Part shown: positions 40,744-49,024 of the stretch, piece by piece
Layout of the letters: the number at the start of each line of letters is the position of its first letter
Position numbering within the stretch: position 1 is the first letter of the stretch
Source: Candidatus Campbellbacteria bacterium
GTDB taxonomy: Bacteria; Patescibacteriota; Minisyncoccia; Phycocordibacterales; EsbW-18
DNA: 64,000 nucleotides
Direction of reading: 5' to 3'
Assembly: GCA_024653945.1 (NCBI GenBank)
Contig: JANLIT010000003.1
Span: 162,936-226,935, forward strand
Notes under the pieces: model-generated
Databases searched by the model: none
The model's input: only the letters and a program-made list of their open reading frames with translations
Told to the model about the DNA's origin: nothing
Translations under genes and position numbers: made by a program

Positions 40744-41279
40744 TACGTTTTTGCACGAATTGCATATGTCGTCATTCCAGTGATAGGATTTTCTTCCCCG
40801 AGCGTAACGGAGTCCACATCAATCAAACGGAGGCTGTTTTCAAGGTCTCCAAGAAATGACTTAAATCGATCGTATGATGTCGTTATGTTAAAAGAGACCA
40901 GAATGGTGCCGTACGGTTTTTCTTGTGGTCCTATAGTGGTTTTTTTTGAACTTGTGTCCGCAGCACCATCAACAACAATGTTGAGAACAGTCAAATCGTG
41001 CCGGCGGGCAATGCCGTTGATATCAATAATAAGACGGACGGTATCAATAGTATTAGGAAGAAGTGTGTCAAGACGATGTAGGTCGTTTTGTGAAAACGAA
41101 TTGAATTTCTCTTTGAGAGAATCGCGGAGTACAGCCAAATCGCTTGCCTTTTGAAGAGCATCGTCAAAACGAGCTATTTCCAAGCGCACGTCTTTGGTTT
41201 TTTCATACCTGCCATTTGTAAAACCAAAAAAGATGGCCAGAGAAAGAATTATGAAAATGATACTTGAAATAAAACGCAT
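40731..41279 (-). CDS. type IV pilus assembly protein PilO-like
   Basis: 182 aa, N-terminal TM, coiled coil, operon position between PilN-like and pilB. Confidence 0.55.
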   Translation of the reverse strand: MRFISSIIFIILSLAIFFGFTNGRYEKTKDVRLEIARFDDALQKASDLAVLRDSLKEKFNSFSQNDLHRLDTLLPNTIDTVRLIIDINGIARRHDLTVLNIVVDGAADTSSKKTTIGPQEKPYGTILVSFNITTSYDRFKSFLGDLENSLRLIDVDSVTLGEENPITGMTTYAIRAKTYWLR

Positions 41280-41285
41280 ATATAT

Positions 41286-41981
41286 TTATCCACCAATAAC
41301 TGTTGTGGCATCTTGTGATATTGTTGTTCCGCTTGCGGGTGTATCACTATCCACCGCCGTACTCACTGTGTCTGGCACCACCTCAACGCTCACCGCCCCA
41401 ATCCCACGCTCTTTCCGCTCAGTAAAGGAAACAACTGATGGATTCACAATCGCCGTTACTGAAAAATTAACATTTCCTCGCTCATTCAACTGAAACGAGG
41501 AGAAAACTGCTTCACTCAAAGCGCTACTTTTTCCAAATTCATCCGATTGCAGAGCAACTGATGTAAATGATTGACCCTCACCTTTAAGTGTAACCTGTAT
41601 ACCCTCGTCGCCTTGAGAATATACCAAGTTGGTAAAGCGAACTGTTTTAAGAGTTAGGTCTTGCAACAATTCAAAAATACCCGTTACCGATACGTGGCCT
41701 TTCAAAAGTTGCTGTGACGTCGCCAACTTACGGTCCAAACGCGCCATGTCACGAATAAGCTCTGGTGCAAATGCCTCTCGTTGTTGTTGGAGATCTTCTT
41801 TTTTGCTCGCAAGGGAGCTGGTAAGATACTTTTCATAGAGCAACACCCCACCAACAGATGCAAGAGAAATCACCAACAATACAATACTAATGGTAAGAAA
41901 GATGCCCACCATCGAAACGTGGTTACTTTTTTGTTCCACCACCTTCTTTGGAATAAATGATGTTTGAAATTGCTCAGCCAT
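41286..41981 (-). CDS. type IV pilus assembly protein PilN-like
   Basis: Starts MAEQFQTSFIPKK (ATG 41981); single TM then coiled-coil periplasmic domain. Confidence 0.5.
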   Translation of the reverse strand: MAEQFQTSFIPKKVVEQKSNHVSMVGIFLTISIVLLVISLASVGGVLLYEKYLTSSLASKKEDLQQQREAFAPELIRDMARLDRKLATSQQLLKGHVSVTGIFELLQDLTLKTVRFTNLVYSQGDEGIQVTLKGEGQSFTSVALQSDEFGKSSALSEAVFSSFQLNERGNVNFSVTAIVNPSVVSFTERKERGIGAVSVEVVPDTVSTAVDSDTPASGTTISQDATTVIGG

Positions 41982-42200
41982 AAATAGTGGATGTTGGAGG
42001 TTAGAGGTGAGAGGTTGGTGGTTGGTTTGGAAGATTTTGAAAATACAGACACACCACAAGCATAGTATAAACCACAGAACCGCTTCAAACGACAACCACT
42101 GTGTATAAAGTGTGTTCCACACTTTGCTAGCTCCTCGGCTCGGAAATGAAAATATATGTATTTTCACTTCTCTCGCTCTTCGTCGCTAGTAAACCCTTAT

Positions 42201-43328
42201 TTAGCCCTGCTCTTCAAGTCGCCGTAGAGCCACACCAACTGCCACATCGAATTCGGGACCAACTTGTCGCAACACATCTGCAAGAAATGCAGGGGCTTCA
42301 ACTTTTCTGAATGGATTAGACACAGTAATATCCGCTTGAAATGTTTCGTGCGCCCGCTCGTTCATTCCAGGAATGACCACACCACCACCCGTGAGAATTA
42401 CTCGTCCAATATTACGTGCGTGTTTACGTTGATACGACAACATAATGTGTTGGGCTTCAGCAAAAATAGAATCTACAACAAGAGACACGATCTGACCAAC
42501 GTCGGGGTTGGGCCCGTCTTTAAGAACTCCATAGGTGCGCTTCATTTCATCAGCCTGTCGTTCAGGAATACCCAAACCTTTTGTAAGAGCGAGAGTTATT
42601 TCTTGAGAGCCACGACTAATCACATGGGACTCGCGTAAGACTTTCCTGTCCACAATGTAGATTTTTGTTGTTCCAGCACCGAGACCGACAATCATTGTTG
42701 GAGCAAGTTCTTCTTCAAGAGCTGCTCGAATAGTGCTGAACACTTCAATCTCAAAAAAGCTTGCGTTCAAATTCGCTTTTTGTACAACCGTGTTGTACTT
42801 GGAAATAGTTTCTTTGTGAATTGCGACGGTCAGTATCTCAACCTTTTTTTGCTTCGTTTCATCCACTTTCTGCTCTGTTCTATCTTGGGATTCAACTTTT
42901 GGAACAATGCGCCAGTCCACCATCACCTCGTTGATGCTCACGGGAACATATTTTCGTAATTCAATAGGAACCATTTCTCTAAGTTTTGCTTCGCCAACAT
43001 CGGGCATTTCAATAATATTAATAAGACTTGCAGAGAGTGGGATAGCAACACCACACATGTTTGTGCTTACTTTTGCCTCCTTCATCAGATCTGCAACGGC
43101 CTCACCAAGTTTCTCAGCCGAGAGACTGGTCGCTTTTCCTGTTTCAATACCCGCATACGAACCGAGGGCAAGCTCGCCATATGTTTCAAGGACCGCACGT
43201 CCGTGCTTTCTCCCAAGTTGAACTACCTTGATGGTTGAAGAGCTCACATCAAGTCCCAGCACGCTTCCCCCTTTTGGCTTAAAGAGGTCGCCAGTAATGT
43301 TTTTAAGTGTGTCTGAAAAAGAGGACAT
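42201..43328 (-). CDS. pilM: type IV pilus assembly protein PilM (actin-like ATPase)
   Basis: 375 aa; ..SVLGLDVSSSTIKVVQL.. actin-fold N-terminus. Confidence 0.85.
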   Translation of the reverse strand: MSSFSDTLKNITGDLFKPKGGSVLGLDVSSSTIKVVQLGRKHGRAVLETYGELALGSYAGIETGKATSLSAEKLGEAVADLMKEAKVSTNMCGVAIPLSASLINIIEMPDVGEAKLREMVPIELRKYVPVSINEVMVDWRIVPKVESQDRTEQKVDETKQKKVEILTVAIHKETISKYNTVVQKANLNASFFEIEVFSTIRAALEEELAPTMIVGLGAGTTKIYIVDRKVLRESHVISRGSQEITLALTKGLGIPERQADEMKRTYGVLKDGPNPDVGQIVSLVVDSIFAEAQHIMLSYQRKHARNIGRVILTGGGVVIPGMNERAHETFQADITVSNPFRKVEAPAFLADVLRQVGPEFDVAVGVALRRLEEQG

Positions 43329-43369
43329 TTTATCCGTTCATTATGACTGTAGTATAGCATTCCTCACAT

Positions 43370-44050
43370 ATGAAAAACACACTCGTATCAGTATTGGAAA
43401 AATTCCTGCGTCTATGTGCCAATGTGCTCTTCTCTCATGACCCATTTTCCAAAATACTCACTCACGCAACACTTGAGACATTTACTGCGTATGCCCGTCC
43501 ATATACAGAAAAATACCCGCTACCTCTTCCCCATGTGTATGTGTTGTACTTTTACCGAGATCCATTTGTACAAAATGCCATTCACGCAGCAAAGTACCGA
43601 AATCGAAAAGATCTGTGCATTCTTTTTGGGGAGCTTCTTTGGCACACGTTTGGAGAAGAGCTCTCTCACCAAAGTATCATGCTTGGAACACCGTGGGTTG
43701 TTGTGCCAATACCACTATCCAAACAACATCGACGAGTCCGTGGCTACAACCAAACAGAAAAAATTGCGGAGGGATTTTTAAAATATACTGATGCTTCTGC
43801 GTTTACACTTTTAAATGAAGCATTGTGTATGGCGTCGGCGCACAAAAAACAAACACACGCCATCAGAAAAAGTGAGCGAATACACAATATTGTTGACTCC
43901 TTTACTCTACCTGACAGCAATCTTGTGCGAGGAAAAAATATTCTTCTTATTGATGATGTGCTAACTACAGGCGCGACATTACAAGAAGCCTCCCGCACGC
44001 TTCGTGCGGGAGGCGCCCGTCATATTTACTGTCTTGTGATTGCTCACTAG
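43370..44050 (+). CDS. comF: ComF family protein (competence; phosphoribosyltransferase-like)
   Basis: 226 aa; C-terminal PRTase motif ..NILLIDDVLTTGATL.. Confidence 0.8.
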   Translation: MKNTLVSVLEKFLRLCANVLFSHDPFSKILTHATLETFTAYARPYTEKYPLPLPHVYVLYFYRDPFVQNAIHAAKYRNRKDLCILFGELLWHTFGEELSHQSIMLGTPWVVVPIPLSKQHRRVRGYNQTEKIAEGFLKYTDASAFTLLNEALCMASAHKKQTHAIRKSERIHNIVDSFTLPDSNLVRGKNILLIDDVLTTGATLQEASRTLRAGGARHIYCLVIAH

Positions 44051-44469
44051 CGCCAGAGTGTCAGAATCACACCCGATGTAATGAGAGCAAGGAGCAAGTA
44101 CCCAACATTAATGAAGTAGTATTCCCAAGATTTTTTCTCCCAGAGCACCATACCAAGCATACTTGGCACAACAAATCCAATCCACATCCAGAGGGCCGTT
44201 GAAATACCGTCTCCAATACCGTACGCGCCCATGTAGAAAAGTGTTCGGGCCAACACGCCAACCATCACCACGAGGCTCACGAAGTACAGCACCATTGATT
44301 TTGTCATTTTTTTCTTGTCGCCTGACATTTGTTGGTGCGATTCTTCAGAAACATTATTTAACGTGCGCCAACGACGACCAAAAATAAAATCGCTATACCA
44401 CAACCACCCCAAAAGAAACGACGCAACACTTGCTGCAAAAATCGCCGTAAAATTTATGTAGATGTACAT
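44047..44469 (-). CDS. DUF1761 family membrane protein
   Basis: 140 aa, 4 TM, ..FLLGWLWYSDFIFGRRW.. typical of DUF1761. Confidence 0.55.
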   Translation of the reverse strand: MYIYINFTAIFAASVASFLLGWLWYSDFIFGRRWRTLNNVSEESHQQMSGDKKKMTKSMVLYFVSLVVMVGVLARTLFYMGAYGIGDGISTALWMWIGFVVPSMLGMVLWEKKSWEYYFINVGYLLLALITSGVILTLWR

Positions 44470-44509
44470 ACAAAATAATGGCTAATTACTAATATCCAAT
44501 ATCAATTGA

Positions 44510-44956
44510 CTATTTAGGTTCTAAATCTAAACACACAGAATTAATACAATACCGCTTTGTTGCTGGCGTACCATCATTGCGAAGAATTGCCTGCCCCGAG
44601 CCTGATTCAGTAGAATCACCTACTGGGCTAGCCGAGGGGTCGTCAAAAACATGTCCGAGGTGTCCTCCGCACTTTGCACACACAACCTCTGTTCGATGCA
44701 TCGGGTCATCCTCATCTTTTTGTAACTTGGTTGCACCTGGGAGCGCTTGGTCAAATGATGGCCACCCTGTTTTTGAGTCAAATTTTGTTTCCGAAGAAAA
44801 GAGCTCGGCCCCACACGACACACAGCGATACACACCTTTTTCATTTGTATGAACATACGCACCTGAAAAAGGTGCCTCTGTTCCTTTTTCCCACAGAACA
44901 TGCCGTTGTTCTGGGGTCAATGCACCTCGCCAACCTTGTGTGCGTTGTTCTGACAT
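44510..44956 (-). CDS. msrB: peptide-methionine (R)-S-oxide reductase MsrB
   Basis: 148 aa; CxxC..CxxC zinc site, ..GHLGHVFDD.. and catalytic RYCINS motif. Confidence 0.9.
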   Translation of the reverse strand: MSEQRTQGWRGALTPEQRHVLWEKGTEAPFSGAYVHTNEKGVYRCVSCGAELFSSETKFDSKTGWPSFDQALPGATKLQKDEDDPMHRTEVVCAKCGGHLGHVFDDPSASPVGDSTESGSGQAILRNDGTPATKRYCINSVCLDLEPK

Positions 44957-44968
44957 ATGTACGTATTG

Positions 44969-45475
44969 TTATTCTTGTGGAGGAACTGGGGAGAAAACAA
45001 TATCCATGGGAATGGTGAAGGCGGCATCATCAACCTTCCATGGCTGACAATCAAACGTATAGTCCTTACCAAGCTCGCCTGTTTGTGGAGTATTCTTTTG
45101 TGCCTCTTTCTTAAGCTCACTCAAATCCGTGCGAATACCAATAGGCGCAAGGCTTGTCCATGCATAGAAAAACTCTCCGTCACTTAGGGCCTGCGCGGCA
45201 AGGGTTATAGAACCCGACGAACTTATAGTTTCACTTTTGAATTTTTTTCCAGAAATAAAGATGTTTCCTTGTGCGTTTAAGTCACTTGTCTTCTGCTCCC
45301 ATGTACATTTCCATTTTCCTCCACGATCAAAGAGGTCAAACATTGTTCCAGAAAACGGACCCGCCTGTCCTCTCGCAAAAAACTTCACACCACCAATAAT
45401 GATGACGAGAACAATAATACCAATAATGATTTTTGTTTTTTTTGATAGCGATGACATATTTAATACAATTAACAA
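44969..45475 (-). CDS. hypothetical membrane-anchored secreted protein (paralog of 45605..46123)
   Basis: 168 aa, N-terminal TM. Confidence 0.45.
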   Translation of the reverse strand: MLIVLNMSSLSKKTKIIIGIIVLVIIIGGVKFFARGQAGPFSGTMFDLFDRGGKWKCTWEQKTSDLNAQGNIFISGKKFKSETISSSGSITLAAQALSDGEFFYAWTSLAPIGIRTDLSELKKEAQKNTPQTGELGKDYTFDCQPWKVDDAAFTIPMDIVFSPVPPQE

Positions 45476-45604
45476 ATAATATATTTTCTTATCAACTCTA
45501 TTCTAGCAAACACGCGCTTGTAATGTAAGAACAAACAAACACTCCACAATGGAGTGTTTGTTTCATATAAACGAACCGCGTATTTAACGCAAACCGCCGT
45601 GTGC

Positions 45605-46123
45605 TTAAAACTCACCACCCATTACAGATAAGTCCGTAAACGTGACGCTGGATGGAGGAGTAAAGACACCATCATTCCCCGACCATCTATCACAATCCAT
45701 TTGAAGATTTGCTCCAAAATCAACTTGTGAGTTGGGGTTTATGCCGGCCGATGGATCTGCGGCATCTTTCGCTACAGGTATCTTTATACCTTGATTTGTT
45801 CCGTCATTTGACCACATGTACTGAAAATTTTCATCAATGAGTATGTTTGTTTTTGTTTCCTGACCGCCAACGGTGGATGTGTTCTCCATGTACATTTTCT
45901 TTCCATCGTAGTACACAGTACTTGTTTGGTCGAATCCATCTCCCGCCATAGTGTACTGACACTTTGCCGGCTTTCCTCGAGACATCAATTCACTTAAGGA
46001 CGACACAGAATCTGAAGTATCACCAAGAGGTCCCCCACCAATGGGTGATTTTCCTCGAGAAAGCATAAAACCTCCAATAAGAACTACAACAACTACGATT
46101 CCGATAATAACTTTTTTATTCAT
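45605..46123 (-). CDS. hypothetical membrane-anchored secreted protein (paralog of 44969..45475)
   Basis: 172 aa, N-terminal TM. Confidence 0.45.
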   Translation of the reverse strand: MNKKVIIGIVVVVVLIGGFMLSRGKSPIGGGPLGDTSDSVSSLSELMSRGKPAKCQYTMAGDGFDQTSTVYYDGKKMYMENTSTVGGQETKTNILIDENFQYMWSNDGTNQGIKIPVAKDAADPSAGINPNSQVDFGANLQMDCDRWSGNDGVFTPPSSVTFTDLSVMGGEF

Positions 46124-46262
46124 ACAGTTTTATGATTAGTAATTACTTTTTAATGCCCTTTTTAATATAGAAAGCATAGCGACTAATAATGGCGTAAGTA
46201 TACACCTTTATTAGAAACAATTGAAAAGTGGCTTCTTTTCAGGCATTATGTGCGGTATGGAG

Positions 46263-46350
46263 AGGTGGCAGAGCGGATTGAAGGTGTATAGACACCTTTA
46301 ATCTGAACCCGATGAAATCGGGTGAAGTGGACGAACTTGTTCGAACGCTC
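46263..46350 (+). pseudogene. tRNA-like sequence / probable tRNA pseudogene (5' 18 nt identical to adjacent tRNA-Ser)
   Basis: GGAGAGGTGGCAGAGCGG.. then diverges; no acceptor-stem complement at 3' end; retains TTCGAAC T-loop-like motif. Confidence 0.4.
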
Positions 46351-46372
46351 TACCATATTTCCCGAAACACCT

Positions 46373-46460
46373 GGAGAGGTGGCAGAGCGGTCGAATGCAG
46401 CATCCTGCTAAGATGCTGACCGGGAAACTGGTCCGAGGGTTCGAATCCCTCCCTCTCCGC
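46373..46460 (+). tRNA. tRNA-Ser (anticodon GCU)
   Basis: GGAGAGG..anticodon arm GCATC CTGCTAA GATGC, long variable arm, T-arm GAGGG TTCGAAT CCCTC, acceptor CCTCTCC G. Confidence 0.85.
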
Positions 46461-46468
46461 AGAATCAG

Positions 46469-47290
46469 ATGAAGCTTAGCGTTTTTAAAAAAGCCATTTG
46501 GAAATACTACCAAACGCATGGCCGTATATTGCCGTGGAGAAAAACACACGACCCCTACAAAATACTTGTGTCAGAAATAATGCTCCAACAAACACAAGTG
46601 GACCATGTGATACCGAAATATAGTTTGTTCGTTAAAAAGTTTAATAGTTTCAAGGTTTTAGCGAATGCAAAAACATCTGATGTTATTAAGGCCTGGCAAG
46701 GTTTGGGATACAACCGCCGGGCACTCAATCTGCAACGTGCAGCTCGAGAAATTGTACAAAAACACAACAGTAAACTTCCATCCTCCTACAGTGAGCTAGT
46801 TTCCCTTCCTGGAATTGGTCCATACACCGCAGGTGCTCTTTTGGCATTTGCATACAACAAACCTGTTGTATGTATTGAAACAAACATTAGAAGTGTGTTT
46901 CTCACACACTTCGCTGATTTACGCAGATTGAAACGCAAATCAACGCGGATGATTCACGATAAGGAATTGCTTCCACTGATTGAAAAAACTCTTGACCACA
47001 AAAACCCACGAGAATGGTACTGGGCGCTCATGGATTATGGTTCACACCTCAAAAAAACACTTCCCAACCCAAGTCGCAAGAGCACACACCACACAAAACA
47101 AAAACCTTTCAACAATTCAAACCGACAACTTCGTGGAAACATACTTAAACTAGTGTCTCAAAAAAATGTTTCCGAAAAAACACTTTTCACACGCATACAA
47201 AGAAAACCAATTGAAATACGAAGGGTACTCAAAACGCTTAAGAAAGAAGGGTTCATAAAAAGACAAGGAAAAAATATTTCTCTTGTATAA
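46469..47290 (+). CDS. HhH-GPD family DNA glycosylase (MutY/EndoIII-like N-terminal domain, no Fe-S cysteine cluster, C-terminal wHTH-like tail)
   Basis: 273 aa; ..ILVSEIMLQQTQV.., HhH ..LVSLPGIGPYTAGALLAFAY.. Confidence 0.7.
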   Translation: MKLSVFKKAIWKYYQTHGRILPWRKTHDPYKILVSEIMLQQTQVDHVIPKYSLFVKKFNSFKVLANAKTSDVIKAWQGLGYNRRALNLQRAAREIVQKHNSKLPSSYSELVSLPGIGPYTAGALLAFAYNKPVVCIETNIRSVFLTHFADLRRLKRKSTRMIHDKELLPLIEKTLDHKNPREWYWALMDYGSHLKKTLPNPSRKSTHHTKQKPFNNSNRQLRGNILKLVSQKNVSEKTLFTRIQRKPIEIRRVLKTLKKEGFIKRQGKNISLV

Positions 47291-47297
47291 GAAAAGT

Positions 47298-47335
47298 CCG
47301 TGTTCCGGGAGTTTGAACCCCAGAACACGGACTTG
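47298..47335. terminator. bidirectional terminator hairpin between convergent genes
   Basis: aagtccgtgttc-cgggagtttgaaccccag-gaacacggactt. Confidence 0.6.
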
Positions 47336-47340
47336 AGCAG

Positions 47341-48150
47341 TTAGAACCTTGTGAACAGTCCGGTGGCGATTTCGCCAGTGCGATCGTCCCAGTCGGGAAG
47401 GTTGATGCCTCGGGAGTAATTCACTCCCACGCCAACCGATAACGAGCCGACCTCACGTGCGATTTCGGTGGACGCTCTCCAGACGAGCCCTTCTCCGGCG
47501 CCAAACGCACCGGTGTCGTGCAGAACTTCGAGACTCGATGTCGAGGACCACTTTCCGAAGGTCTTTCCGACCTCCGCACCGAGGTGAGTGTTCCACCCGG
47601 CCAGAGGTTCGATGCCCTGAAGCGGCCAGTAGTAGTCAATCTTGAGATATCCCTTGATCGACCACCCCCGTTCCTTGTAACTCGATGTGAAGAGGTCAAC
47701 ATAGACCCAGCCCACATCCGAAGGTGAGAGGTGCGACACCAAGAGGTAGGCAACTCCGAAATCAATGAAATCGTTCGGCGCACAGCCGACCGTGATGTCG
47801 ACTTCGTCGCCATACGAGTTCAACCAGCGCCCCCTGGCACGAGACCACCAAAGGTCTCCGTAGCACCCACTTCTGAAGAGAAGTGTCATGTTGCCTTGTA
47901 GCACTGGCTTGTCATGGAACACTCCTCCGGTCGAGCCGAGGTACTTGCTCCACAGCTCGATGCCACCACTGAAGGTGACGGCCGATTCCTGCTCGATTTC
48001 CTGGCTGTGCGCCGCGCACGAACCGAAGATCACGGCGAGAAGGATGGTGACGACCGCCAGAATGAAACCCACCAAGAACGAACGCGAACGAGCCTTCCGA
48101 CTGTCGTTCAATTGCGAACCGAGTCGTTGCTCTTCCTGTTTGTTTCGCAT
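47341..48150 (-). CDS. GC-rich (~58%) ORF encoding an OMP-like beta-barrel protein (N-terminal TM/signal, C-terminal ..TRF)
   Basis: 269 aa; alternating beta-strand pattern rich in Gly/Tyr/Trp, C-terminal aromatic residue as in outer-membrane beta-barrels; strong GC shift against flanks. Confidence 0.5.
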   Translation of the reverse strand: MRNKQEEQRLGSQLNDSRKARSRSFLVGFILAVVTILLAVIFGSCAAHSQEIEQESAVTFSGGIELWSKYLGSTGGVFHDKPVLQGNMTLLFRSGCYGDLWWSRARGRWLNSYGDEVDITVGCAPNDFIDFGVAYLLVSHLSPSDVGWVYVDLFTSSYKERGWSIKGYLKIDYYWPLQGIEPLAGWNTHLGAEVGKTFGKWSSTSSLEVLHDTGAFGAGEGLVWRASTEIAREVGSLSVGVGVNYSRGINLPDWDDRTGEIATGLFTRF

Positions 48151-48307
48151 CCCTGCCTCCTTTAAAAATCGTCGACTGAAATGTCGAAGATCAATTTCCA
48201 GTATCTATTATAGCAAGAATAACGTATTTGTCAACCCAGTGTGTTGTCATCAAGGTTAAACCTCGATACCCCCACCGGGTCAATGCTTTACCGGAAAACA
48301 CGGGACC

Positions 48308-48898
48308 CTACAGATGACTTGCTTCAAGCGCTCGATTGATTTCAACAAGTGCTTTTCGGTGTGTGGGTGCAAAAGATGAAATGTGTTCAAGAGAGAAATG
48401 ATACGGTCGAGATAGGTGTTCTGTATAAGCAGAGTCACCTTGTACATAACCCAGCTCATGCAAAATACGCAACACAAGAAGAACTTCAAACGAAGCGAGG
48501 TTGTCTTGTGTGACATCGGGACCAGCGAGGGCTGAAAGTCCATTCCACACTAAATCAAACACAACACTTCCCTGCTCTTCATCAACAACCAATCGTCGAA
48601 CTAGTTGTAAAATGCGTACTGCAAGCATTCTTTTTTGTCTATCTTCGTGTGAGAAAAAAACTGACGAGAGCGGGGTTACATTGGTAATACGCCACCCATC
48701 ACGCGAACGCACGAGTGACACATCAGAAACAGAAGAAAATTGTAAACCATACCGATGGCGTGAACGAACTTCGCGGGATGATTGACACCGTGCAAGTACC
48801 ACTCCCATATCAGATGTAAACAATCGGTACGTGCGACTCGCCTCACCAACATTGTATGCGCCGAGAACGATTGCTTTTGTGTGGTGCTTGGAATACAT
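48308..48898 (-). CDS. recO: DNA repair protein RecO (short form)
   Basis: 196 aa; N-terminal OB-fold ..KAIVLGAYNVGEASRTYRLFTSDMGVV.. and helical C-terminal domain. Confidence 0.7.
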   Translation of the reverse strand: MYSKHHTKAIVLGAYNVGEASRTYRLFTSDMGVVLARCQSSREVRSRHRYGLQFSSVSDVSLVRSRDGWRITNVTPLSSVFFSHEDRQKRMLAVRILQLVRRLVVDEEQGSVVFDLVWNGLSALAGPDVTQDNLASFEVLLVLRILHELGYVQGDSAYTEHLSRPYHFSLEHISSFAPTHRKALVEINRALEASHL

Positions 48899-48899
48899 A

Positions 48900-49024
48900 A
48901 AACTAAATTCGAAATACGAATACCGAAATACGAAACAACACTGGGTATCCTCTATTGAAAGTTTTAAACATTAGAACATTCTTATTTTGTGCTTGTTTCG
49001 GATTTCGTGCTTAACTATTCGTGC
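48900..49024. promoter_or_regulatory. intergenic element with 4 tandem CGAAATN heptads (copy 2; paralog of 20311..20436)
   Basis: taaattcgaaatacgaataccgaaatacgaaaca..agttttaaacatt..ttcgtgctta. Confidence 0.45.

Noticed and set aside
46298-46549. 83-aa minus-strand ORF
   Set aside because: Runs antisense across the tRNA-Ser gene and tRNA-like sequence.
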